A stretch of 63,926 bases of DNA, filler included, from Gonapodya sp. JEL0774 (Eukaryota): the NCBI GenBank assembly GCA_027604505.1. It is 3 parts of 3 records of this genome, joined end to end, with 100 filler letters (N's around TTAATTAATTAA, not from the genome) between each part and the next. Parts side by side here need not be neighbours in the genome. Positions count along the whole stretch, not along the records: positions 26,659 to 52,648 come from JADIIX010000223.1; 2 more parts are not named here. One strand, given 5' to 3'. The position numbers and the translations under genes are program-made. The notes under the pieces are model-generated. The model was not told where the DNA came from, made no database searches, and saw only the letters and a list, made by a program, of their open reading frames with translations. Of this stretch, positions 26,659-37,844 are shown piece after piece; within the stretch, counting starts at the first letter, position 1, and the number at the start of each line of letters is the position of its first letter.

Positions 26659-27044
26659 CGTTGTGTCCCGGTGGCATTTCCCCACCGTTCCCCCCTCCTC
26701 TCTAGTGGCTCGCGGACCGTGCACTAGGGCCTGTCGATAATACAACAGAATTCTCCATTATCATATCACCCGACTCCCACGGCAAAATCACCATTCCACG
26801 TCACGGCCAATATGCCGCGTTGCTATGCTGCAAACATCAAAAGAATCAAAGTCCTGACAGAGATTGAAAGCCCTTGATTGGTGATGAGTGTTTGTGGCGG
26901 GTAAAAGTTGTTTTCCCCTCTTCCTTTCACACGGATGCCGGAAATCTCGTAATCCCTCCTGTTCGATCGACATTATTTAAGATGATTTTTTACAAGTAAC
27001 GTTCCTGATTATCAACTGGATTTCTTGGAGTCACAGTCTGCATC

Positions 27045-28274
27045 ATGCCCAATTTGAAAGTCGTAATCGCTGGTAACGGTTGGTTCATCAATTTATCACT
27101 CTGAGCACCCCTTCCACCTTTTTTTGCTGATTAAAAGTGATTGCCAATAATCCCTACCTCAAATAGGCCCACTCGCCAATATCTTTGCGAAAGCATTCAT
27201 TGACACAAAGAGCATCGATGTCACTATCGTCGGGCGGAAAGGCAAAGATGAAGCTGCTCCTGGAACAACGACGAAACTTGTTCCAGAGTGGGACGTTGAT
27301 GGACTCGCGGAGGCCTTTGCAGGTGAGTTGGAGGGCCATCCTCAAGTGGTCCATCGTGACGCCTTGGTGACTTTCTCGGGTCTTCTACTCCATCATGAAA
27401 GGCGCCGACTACATTGTGTCCACCCTCGGCTTCTTCTCGCTTGGAGATCCCCAATTCACAGTCATCAAAGCGGCAAAGAAAGCGGGCGTAAAAGGTATTT
27501 CGCTCTCCGAGTACGGAGGAGGAGTGGATGGCTTCCCGACATCGCCCGCGGTGGCATGGAAACAACCCGCACGGACATTAGCAACTGAAATCGGACTTCC
27601 CGTAAGCCATCGAATGACCGCACAGTTAACTGTTTAGCAAATTATCTCCTAATTTTTTCCTCCTCTGACTCCCAATCACTCCAGTGGATAGCTCTGGTTA
27701 ACGGAGGTTTCCTCGAGTATTCTCTGTCTGTCTTCCTTTCAGATGATGAAAAGAAAGTTGCAACTGTATTCGGCTCTCCAGACGTCAAGCTGAGCCTAAC
27801 TGCCCGGGAGGTAAGGTCAATGTTCTGGTACCTCGACCTTTCCCCGTGTACTCATTGACTTCTATCCCAGGATGTTGGAGTGTATCTTGCCCAGGCACTT
27901 CTTCGATTTGATGAGTTTAAAAATGGTGAGGTGCAGGTGTCTGGAGTGACAACCACCGTTCGGGAGATTATAGCGGAGGTTGGCAAAGTCAAGGGTGAGC
28001 AATCCTTCTATTTGCGGCTCAAGCTGTGTTCTGACCTTGAGCATTGATATATATATCTGCAAAAACAGGTATACATTACACCATTGACACAGAACCCATC
28101 GAAGAAACCAAAGCAAAGTCGGCCGCAAACCCAGGCGACCACGCGCGCATGTTTGGCATCATATTTGCGGAAGGATTTGTTCTGAACAACAACGACATTA
28201 GCTCGAAATTTCCATCAGTGCATGCCAAGGGATTGGAATATTGGATCCCGAAGTTGCTTGGGGCGAAAGCATGA
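27045..28274 (+). CDS. NmrA-like / isoflavone-reductase-family NAD(P)-binding oxidoreductase (multi-exon)
   Basis: MPNLKVVIAGNG Rossmann start; LAEAFAGADYIVSTLG, IKAAKKAGVK...SEYG, SLTAREDVG. Confidence 0.85.
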
Positions 28275-29706
28275 CGTCGAAACAAGGTGTATCCCACGAC
28301 TGGAAAATATGAGAAAATAATATGTATTCTGAACAAACACAAATGATTTGGAAAGATTATCATCGGTTCCGTGGCTTGCCCATGACTGAACTAGACGTTT
28401 TTCCCCTTTCCAAAAATCCCACCTTTCCACCAATCTAGCCTCGGAAGCGTGGGCCGTGTCCGCACCGGTTGTGACTACCGTGTGAGACACCCAGACCCCA
28501 CCCCCCGAGCAAGCGTGCGAGTGTCTTCGAGCCCCACCTCGTGCACCACACCCTCGGCCGGGCCGACAACCCACCCATCCAACCCAACCCACCCAACCCA
28601 CCCAGCCCACCCCTTCCAGACCCCACGCCCCCACCCCCACCGCTCACACCACACACATCCCACTCTCCTCGTCCCACCTGGGCCCCCACCCCACGCCGCC
28701 GTCTATAAAACTGTATAAAAACTGCGAAAAAAACTGGTTGCGAAGACTACCAAGACTGCCAAGAACACACTTTTACACGTTTCGGGCTTCACCCCGGCCG
28801 GCGGGCCGGGGGTACTCAAGGGGAAGGAAGCCCAGCTTCCGAGTTGAGACATTGTTTTTCCCCCACACCACACACGGAAACCAGTTGCGGGGGTTTGCTG
28901 TTGTTGTACGGGGGGGGGGGGCGGGCTTTTTCTAGTCATGTCATTCATCCAATTGGTTTTAATTTATATTTTTATTGTTTTGTTCTTTTTCTTGTTGTGT
29001 TGTGTCTTGTCTACCCCGGCTGTACACACATGCCTACGTACATACCATCACATCATATTTTGGCCGTACTTACAATGCCGGTCCCAGAACGAGAAATGCA
29101 CGCCACGCTATGCTATGCTATGCTATGCGTTGTGATGCGTTTGCGTTGCATGCCTCCAGGAAGTGTACACGCCAACCGACCGACCACTCTGCGACTCCCT
29201 TTTCCAAAAATCCCACCCTTTTCCACCACTTTTAAGCCTCCGAAGCGTGCGCCGTGTCGTGTCCGTCCGCGACGGTGTGGGCACGGGCGGGTTGCGGGTT
29301 GTGACGACCCGCGGGGTGAGGTGCGACCTGTGCACAACCCAGACCTCCCACCGCACCGCCAGCCACCCCGCGTCATCGGCCATGGACATCCATCCCCCAT
29401 CGCCATCCGCATCGGCGTCAGCGGGGTGTGCGGTGCGGTGCGGTTGCCGGTGCAGGGGCGGGGTGCAGGGGTCCCGGATAGGGGGGGGAGGGGGGGGGGG
29501 GGGAGGGGCGCGTAAACCACAACACAATGTACACGCCATCCCCCCGTCCCCCGTCTGGTTCCACGTCCGTGGTCTCGGTCCACGGTTTCATCTCCCGTCT
29601 CTTCTCTGTCCTCTGCTCCTTTCCATTCTCCACTTCACCCTGCCAATGCAACCCAGCCCAACCACCGTACCCGCCCTACCCGCCCTACCCATCCGACCCG
29701 CCCTAC

Positions 29707-29805
29707 CCATCCGACCCATCCGACCCATCCGACCCATCCGACCCATCCGACCCATCCGACACATCCGACACATCCGACACATCCGACACATCCGACACAT
29801 CCGAC
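29707..29805. repeat. 9-bp minisatellite: (CCATCCGAC)x6 followed by (ACATCCGAC)x5
   Basis: Read directly. Confidence 0.95.
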
Positions 29806-29902
29806 CCACCCAACCACCGTACCACCCTACCCATCCATCCATCCACCCTACCCACCATCTACCCCCCACCCACCCGAACTCCACCAAACTCCCCCCACCG
29901 CC

Positions 29903-30905
29903 TCACACCACACACATGCCCCTGGCCTCATCCCACCGTGCCCCACCCCCGCCGCCGTCCCCGTCGCTGCTTCCGTCCGCATCGTCCCCCGGGCCGGAAA
30001 AGCATCCCACACAGAGGTACGGTGTGCCCTCGAAGATGTAGGAGCGGACGGGTTCGGCGGGTTCGGAGGAGGAGGAAGAGGAAGAGGAGGGGTGGGATGG
30101 GGGACGGTACAAGAGGGAGGTGGTTTGAAGGGGTCGGAGGGTGGGGCAGGGGGGGTCTTTCGTTGGGGTTGGGGGGTTTGAAGGGGGTGATGGAGTGGGA
30201 TGGGGTGAGAAAGAGAAAGTGTGAGAGATGACAATATGGACCGCTCATGTAGACCTCAATTGGTCCATATGAGCCTCACCGGCCCATATGGGCCGCGAGG
30301 AATCAATCGCCTCCGGCGGACTGTGCCCGTCGCTGACGCTTGGGCCCATATGGACCGCCGATAAACGTCAATTGGTCCATATGGGGCTCACCGGCCCGTA
30401 TGGACCGCGAGGAAATCACTCGCCTCCGGCGGACTGTGCCCGACGCTGACGCTTGGGCGAGGCGCTCGCTGACGCTCGCGCATCGCCGGCCTCCGGTTCG
30501 CTTCGCTCGCCTCCGGCCGGCGGGGGGGTACTCACAATAGGTGACACACATTTCCAAATTCCTTGTCCACTGAGTCTGGGGAGGACACCCGACACAGACG
30601 CCGCCGTCGGGTCTAGACTGTGACTTGTAGCGAAATGCCTCTTTGCCCAAGTAGGAACCGTGAGGTCTGAGGGGAGTGTCTGGAGGGCAGTTTGGGTAAG
30701 GAGAGGAGGAGGGCGGAGCGGGGGGTGCAGGGGCAGGAGTCAGGGGGATTGAGCGGGGAGGATGGAGACGATGAGGGAGGGCGAGTGCGTGGGATTGAGG
30801 GAAGAAGAGAAGGGAGAGTGCGAGAGAGAAAGAGAGAAGGAAAGAGAGGGAGAGAGAGAGCGAAGGATGAGAGCGGGGAATGGGAGAGGGAGAAGACGAT
30901 GGCAT
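29903..30905 (-). CDS. Secreted cysteine-rich protein with two CP...CxGC...C modules (2 exons)
   Basis: Signal-like hydrophobic N-terminus; phase-1 intron 30535-30157; modules CPPDTPLRP..CVGC..W...C and CPTLRPL..CVGC..W...C. Confidence 0.75.
30230..30530 (-). repeat. Intronic palindromic repeat element, copy A
   Basis: Contains GCGAAGC, GCGTCAGC and CCGGAGG mini-hairpin motifs and repeated CATATGGACCAATTGA; near-identical blocks occur at 31870-32118. Confidence 0.85.
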
Positions 30906-31417
30906 CTTTGATTGAGAGGGAAGACAGAGTGGGAGGGTCAAGGACAGGGACACAAGAGAGAGAGTTGAGATGATGTGGAAGCGAAGTCCAGTTGAGATGG
31001 AACCAGAGTAAAGTTGAAATGGGAGGGGGGGAATCGATCGAATCCGATTGGGGAGAGAAAAAAAGGGGGAGGGAGCGAGAAACAGGAGTTTTGACAGCGA
31101 GTGCGAGTGCGAGTGTGGGCGCAATTTGCAGTGAGTCAGGCTGGGGCTGTGGGGGAGACCCGTGTGGCGCAGGTGCGCTGTGGTCGCATGCCCTTTTGGG
31201 TCTGTTGTTGCTCACTCGCTCCCCCTTTTGGAAACTCAACGTCCACTCCACGGGCACTCTCATAAACCACAACACCCACACGCGGTGGGAAAAAGAGTCA
31301 CAAAACCCATTCTGTCTTTCTTCTGTTTCCCTCTTGTCCTCCTCTCCTCTCCTCTCCCCCACTCAACTCCACCCAACTCCACGCCACCCCACCCACCCAC
31401 TCCCTCCACCTCCCTCA

Positions 31418-32410
31418 ATGCCCATCTCTCCCTCTTTCTCCCTCATCTCAATCTCTCTCCTCGCTCTCTCCTCCCTTCTCCTCGTCCTCCTCTCTCCCTC
31501 CCCCTCCCTCGCTGCTCCTCTCGCTCTCGTTCCAGCCGACCCTGAAAAGGTCTCCTTCCCACCTCTCTTCCCCCCATCCTACCTCGACCCCCGCCCAAAC
31601 TCTCCTCAAGCCGCCGCTGGCCCTCAGTACTGGCCCGGCTCTCCTCACGCCGGCGACGGTGCTTCCCTCAACAGGAGGGCCGACTCAAACCTCCCCACTT
31701 GCCCCCCAGACGAGATCTTGGTGCCCCTCATTGAACATGGCTCTCCTCTCACCGAGCCTGGGTCAAGGCAGGTCTATACTGTGGAGAAATCCGGCGACAT
31801 GTGTGCAGGATGTGTCTCTCAGGCTCATTGGGATCAGGACAAGAGGGCTTGTTTGTACAAACGTGAGTAAGCGCGAGCGTCAGCGAACGCCTCGCCGGCC
31901 TCGCCCAAGCGTCAGCGTCGGGCACAGTCCGCCGGAGGGGATTCACTCCGGAGCGGTCCATATGGACCAATTTACCCTTGTGAGCGGTCAGGCCCATATG
32001 GACCAATTGACCCTTGTGAGCGGTCAGGCCCATATGGACCAATTGACCCTTATCAGCGGTCCGTATGATCTGGTGAGGAGGCCCATATGGACCAATTGAC
32101 GTTTATCGGGGGGTCCATCTTCCCACCCACATCCTTTGCCCCATACCCCATTCCACCTTGTTATTTCTCATTCTCCCTCTCCCTCTCCCCCAATACCCCA
32201 ATCCCCCCCCCAAACCCCTGTTTAGTCTCCCCCTGCCCGACCCACGCCCCCCTCACGCCCATCCCTCGCCTCTCCAACGCCCGCCTGGGGCTGACGGTGT
32301 ACGCGCACTACTTTCGGGGTGTGGAGATTTTGTGTGCCGGGTGCTGGGAAGGGGCCACAATGAGCGGGAGCGGGGAGGAGGGCGCGGAGTGTGTGGCCGG
32401 GAGGGGGTGA
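31418..32410 (+). CDS. Secreted cysteine-rich protein with two CP...CxGC...C modules (2 exons), paralogue of 29903-30905
   Basis: Signal peptide ISISLLALSSLLLVLL..SLA; phase-1 intron 31863-32225; modules CPPDEILVP..CAGC..W...C and CPTHAPLTP..CAGC....C. Confidence 0.75.
31870..32118 (+). repeat. Intronic palindromic repeat element, copy B, with a 36-bp tandem array
   Basis: GG(T/C)CCATATGGACCAATT units start at 31955, 31991 and 32027 (36-bp period) and at 32080. Confidence 0.88.
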
Positions 32411-33785
32411 GGAGGGGACGAGGAAGGGGGATGGGAAGATGGGAAGGTGGGAGTGGATGGGAGTGGATGGGAAGGTGGGAATGTAGGAATGGATGGGAAT
32501 GGATGTGATGTGATGTGATCGGATGGGATGTGAAGGCGGGGTGGGTGGGGTGGAGTGGGATTGATATCGACGTGTTACTGTTTTACTGTACTGCGACTGT
32601 GGAGTGGAATTCATATTGATATCGAGTCGGTCGTTGCATCATTGGGACGTGGGTATCGATATCGAGTTGGGTTCCTGCAAGGGCCATGCCGGCTCCACTC
32701 CACGCACATCTTGTTCACCTTTGTAGTCTTTCAGTCCACACATGGTTGGTATCTTTTCCCAATCCCCGTCCCGTCCGTCTGTTCCGTCCACACCGCATAT
32801 GGACACGTGGACGGGATATGTGGCCCCAACGTTCCATTTCCATTTCCGTGCACGATGCAGTGGAGTGGACATACACGGAACACGAAAATACACGCCCGCC
32901 CGCCCCACCGAAACTTACAAACTTACTTTTGCAGACTAAGGGAAGGGCCATAGGGCTTACTCCGTCTTGCAAATAATACAATTTTCTTTCTTTGCGTGCA
33001 CCGCGGCGGTGGACCGGACGCCATGAAGAAACACCTGCACCGCCGTTTCTAAGTGTGGGTGCTCTCAAGGGGGCCGGCCGGTCTGAAATAACTCCCACGA
33101 CTGATTTCAGAACGCAACCCCGTTCACCACTGTGCTCCATGTGTATTCAACTGAACCTGATAATAGCACCGACACACCGGTCCGGCTCGACGATACACAT
33201 CAGAATCTGGTGGCCGCAGGCCCGGATCAGACTGCACAAGAGGGAAACGACGTATTAGAACTCGATCAAATTATGTACTCAAAATTACCCTTTTGTAAAC
33301 GATTTTCGGCGGTTACGTTTATGGCACGGGGGGGGGGAAAAAAAAGGCAGTCTAGTATGTAATACCACAACTCATAAGCCCTCATTCCGGCGGGCGTATG
33401 CTTCGAGTTCAAGAATTTTCGTCTTGACCCACCCGCCTCCCCCTCCTCCCAGGGGTCGCTTTTGTAATCCGGCAAAGAGAAATGATCCAAATGAAAGTAT
33501 CAAGTTTCAGTCGGCTCGCTCGGGCCACCAATCGATCCTGCCTGAAACGGCGAAGGGGGGGTGGGGGATAAAAATTCAACCTTCGCACAAACGCCACATT
33601 CACTTGCACTTTCAGTTAAGTTCAATTGAATTTGTTCAGAGCGATCCCATAGCGGGTGGGTATGTAGGGTACACAGGCATCGATGATCGATGGTCGGATG
33701 CGGGGTCTTTTGCCCCGGACCGGTTATGGTGACTACTAGTTGACACCATCTCTCCGCTCTCCACCACGCCACAACCCCGATTCAA

Positions 33786-33897
33786 GCATAAATGATGATG
33801 ATGATTCGGTCCGTCGAAAGTCAAGCCGATGGGGTGTCTGGCGGTGAGTAATGAGTTGGTGATCATGTGACGGTGAACTTGTCTTCCCTGATGATGC
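33786..33897 (+). ncRNA. Candidate box C/D snoRNA
   Basis: Terminal stem GCAT/ATGC, box C ATGATGA at 33792, box D CTGA at 33888; two 11-nt elements complementary (with G-U pairs) to conserved 18S rRNA; lies between GTATGT (33660) and CCCCAG (~33935). Confidence 0.6.
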
Positions 33898-34246
33898 CGA
33901 TCACCCACCCCCGTCCCACCCGCCATCTCCCCCAGATCCAGCTATCGCCACACCGCGCCGTCCATGGTGAGCTCAACGTAGTCGCTGCTCTGGAGATGGA
34001 GATTGGAAAGAGTCGGCTGAGTTGAGATCGGCTCTGTGTTCTGATCGACCCCGCCACGACTCTGTTTCCCGCCACCTCCATGACGCCCTTACCAACGCTC
34101 CTTGATCCGATCGCTCCAACCTGCCCTGCCTCGCTCGGTACCAAGCCCCGGACCACCCCTTGCTGCACCATCCCCATCACCACTCGCACCGCAAAAGTCC
34201 AAGACCAAGCGATCGTCCAAACCCAAAACCAAGCCCAAGACCAACA

Positions 34247-35357
34247 TGTCCCGCTACGGAACCAACACCAACTACGGCAAAGCGCTGGTGGGGAATGTAG
34301 GCACGGGGACGGGCGGTGCGGTGCCCGTGGTCAAGGGCGAGCGCGAGCGCAGGGGGAAATCGAAACCACAGAGGGAAGAGAAGGTGGGGGAGGAGAGGGT
34401 GGACGGGACGGACGGTGCGGGGGTGAAGGTGGGGGTGGTGGAGTCGGTGGTGAGTAGCACTGCACACTTTGCGAAGACGTGGTGGTTGGCGGGGAAGGGT
34501 CGAGGAGCGTCTCTGACCATCGTGCATCTTGTTCCTCCAAACAGGCCACTGCCACCGCCACCGTTGATGCTCCACACCTAGACGGCCAGTCTCCGACTCC
34601 CCCGTTCGCTCTCGGCACTGACGGGGAACAGTCGTTGCCACCGCAGACGAGCTCGAGCAATGCAGAGTCGAATGAAGTCACGTTACATCGGGTTCAAGTG
34701 GGAACAGATGTTCTGACATATGTAGTGCCGGAAACCGCGACTGATCTAAGCGAGGCGCAATCTAATGCCAGGGAAGGCGGACACATCGCTGAGGGCTCAC
34801 CTGGCTCACGAATGAACGATACGCAGCCAGACACAAGCAGCCAAGCTACCTTCTTGCTCGCACCAGAATTGGCACCCCGTCACAACGAAGGAATGAAGCA
34901 CGACCTGGTCGTGTTGGCCGACACTGTGGAATGCGATGAAGTACCACGAATGGATCACGACGTTGTCGAGATCCTTGTGGTGAAGGAAGAGGAAACGGCG
35001 CGCAACTGTGATGGTGAGGGCATGGATGCGGATGCGGTCACCACCTCTGTGGCAGGAGAGCAAACCGTTGTCACAAGCGATCAAGGCACGGATCACGGTC
35101 ACAGTGGGACTAAATTCCATCTCAAACACGCTACAGGAGTGAGGCGCCGGCTCAAGAACGTGAAGAAGAGGCTTTTCTATCGTATGGCCGACATCTTTCA
35201 AGGAAGAAGCAACATGAGCTGCGGGAAGAAGGAGAGTAGCATGGGCAAGCCGAACAACAAGGAGAAGGTGGTGCGTGCGACGGACGAGAACGGAGGGAAG
35301 AAATCGGTGGTGGGGAGGATCGTGGGGTGTTTGAAGAAACTGTTCTGTCGTAAGTGA
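34247..35357 (+). CDS. Hypothetical low-complexity protein (start uncertain)
   Basis: Long ORF 34479-35357 preceded by a plausible exon with a GTGAGT donor near 34450; no recognisable domain. Confidence 0.4.
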
Positions 35358-35929
35358 GAGGTAGTGAGCAAGTCATGTGAATCACGTGACATGTAGGAGA
35401 AGGGTTATTCACAAGATTGAGGTACAGCATTTGATCTAAATATTTTAGCAATGACTTTCATCAACTGTCCAGGATTTTTCGATATCTTGCGGGCAGCCCA
35501 GTGAAGTAAGCCATCACTTTGTCCATCCCATCTCTCACATCGCACTCCCATTTCCAACTCTATCCCAATGCTCCACAACGCGCTCTACACCCACACAACA
35601 ATCATCGTGATCGTGATGTACGCTCTCCTGTCAGCTGCCGTGAGTAAACTGTTGGATCGATGCTTGATGATGAGCAGCAACGAATCTGCTCACCCTTTAC
35701 GTCTCGGAATCTCTTGCTCAATCAGCTCGAAGCGTGCCTGTCCTTTTATGATTCCTTCTCTTCGTTCCACATCGGCTCCCAGTGCCCGTCGGATGCCATC
35801 TCCCGTGTCGTCACAACTGTCTTTCCCCCACACTCTTTGCTCCCGATCTCCATCATCCTCCTCACGTTTACCACCAGAATAAAGTGCTCCACTTTAGTAC
35901 TATGTCTGTGGATAAGATCACTTCTTGAC

Positions 35930-37844
35930 ATGGGTCTTGTCGAGGAAACGATCACCGGAACGCGTCTGGATGACGGTGTGACATGCGACGAGACTTCATA
36001 TACCGTGAGCCCATTCTCTCATGGGGATCACACTACACACAACTGCTCGTTTCAATCTCACTCTCCCACTCTACAGGACTTTGACCTGCTTTTACGTGCC
36101 TCGGAGCTCCCCCTGCTCGAGATCGTCCGCAAACCAGCAAGGGGCCGCTCGGAGTTATACAAGCTGAAACGTAAACTGTCGACTCTTTTGCGGGAGAAAA
36201 GAACCCTCAAGTTCACGATTCAGCGAATGAAACTGAGAAGGATGCAGAAGGAAGGCGCCCGGATTCTTGGACGCACTTGCAATCAATTGGGGGTCACTGT
36301 GAGTGTACTCGAAGCAGTATTGCCCGATAAACGTGTGCAATGAGGCTGAACTATGTGGAAAACAAGGCCGTGTCGTCCGCTGTTCCTGCTCTCCGCGCCA
36401 GCACTTCGTTTTCGAACACGATCAAACCTTTCACGACCTCAGACCTGCAAATTGGTGTTCAAATGGATGAACACTTACAGAATACTGTCAGGCATTGCCC
36501 AAAGTTTCAAAAAGAACGCGTTCTGGACCGTGATCCTCGTCAGCACAACTTGAGTTCGAACGAAATGCGGCCACAACTGGTGAGCCTCGCTCAGCCCAAT
36601 GAAGATGTTCTCACTCACACAGTCTTGTCAACTACTTGTTCTCATTGACAATCGCTCGACTTCCACGCCAGATTTGCACGTCTTCAGATGGTGTATCAAC
36701 CAACGATCTGACGATACGTCCGGCTAAAACTAAGATCGGGACCACTGTGAGTATAATAATTGGAAGTTGGAGGCCTGCACAGTACACTTAATTGATGATT
36801 AATTGCACCTTTCATCAACGCCGAACCACCACTTTCATTCGGGGTGGAACGACCATTGTCAAGAAACCAGCTTCAAACATCGCGTTCTGGGTCGATGAAA
36901 AGGACGTTTCTGTGATCTTGGATCTTTTCGACAATGTCGTGGTTGGCGCAACAAGGGTTGCCAAGTGGTCGGACACAAACCTGGACCTTGTGCGAGCAAA
37001 AGATCCACTCAAAAGCCTTCGGTCTCAGGGTGAAAGTGCGCGGGATGCTCAAGAGCTCGAAAGCAATGCGAGCAACGGGAACTCCGCAGACGACCATTGC
37101 GAGCTGCGTGATGGCACGAGCTCGTTTGCCAGCGTCAGGATGGGATCGGGAACGGTTGTTGCACCCACGGTTCGCTACCAACCGAGGGAACCTTCGACAT
37201 CGAGCTTGGCAACCCGATCAAGTGTTACGCACGCTCGAACGACACAGTGCATGCTTGACGGGCCAATCTGGCCGTCAAACCACCTCAAAATCGAACTTGC
37301 AGCGGCGGAAGCACACGCACCTCGGCCTCTTGGGCGTCACAGAGCACTACCTTTTTGGCTTGGAAATGACACGTGCGAGTTCTTGACATTTCTGGGCAAC
37401 GTCCCATCCCCGTTTCAAACGTTGGCACGACCAGGTGCACTGGACGATGGATTGGCTATGGGACAAAAATTCGCCGATCAGAACACTGACATGCACTCAC
37501 CTCCGGCCACCACCTCGTTTGTTGGCTCTCCTCTAAGAGGTTCGGACCCACCTTCTCTCCATGTGGATCCGATCAACATTCCAGAATGGGTCGTTCCCAA
37601 CCTCTACAACATACACAGCGGCAAGGTCAGCATGACAATCAGTGATCCAATGAATAAGTCCACCCCAAGTCTTTTCCGCCAAATCTCAGTGGGGGCGCTT
37701 TTCCCTCATTGTTCGCAAACACTCCATTTTTTTCGCACCATTGGGCCTCGAATCTCAAGTACAAAACAAACTTTGAACTGCTTATGGGGCAAGCGTAGGG
37801 TATCCCGCGGAGAAAGATGTACAATGAAAGAATTTGTAGATTGA
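35930..37844 (+). CDS. Hypothetical multi-exon protein with a basic coiled-coil segment
   Basis: Successive + strand ORFs (227, 102, 350 aa) separated by GT-AG-like introns; no family recognised. Confidence 0.4.

Noticed and set aside
31659..32099. ORF with AHMDQLTLVSGQ repeats as a RiPP precursor
   Set aside because: The repeats lie in a GT-AG intron and out of frame with the signal-peptide exon, which stops at 31870 if unspliced. There are no Kex2 sites between units and no tailoring enzymes nearby. The DNA palindromes explain the pattern.
31955..32100. 36-bp repeats as a CRISPR array
   Set aside because: Units are contiguous with no unique spacers, there are no cas genes, and the context is a eukaryotic intron.
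33150..33170. GAACCTGATAATAGC as a TPP riboswitch core
   Set aside because: The upstream UGAGA motif and the P4/P5 stems are missing, and there is no thiamine gene nearby.
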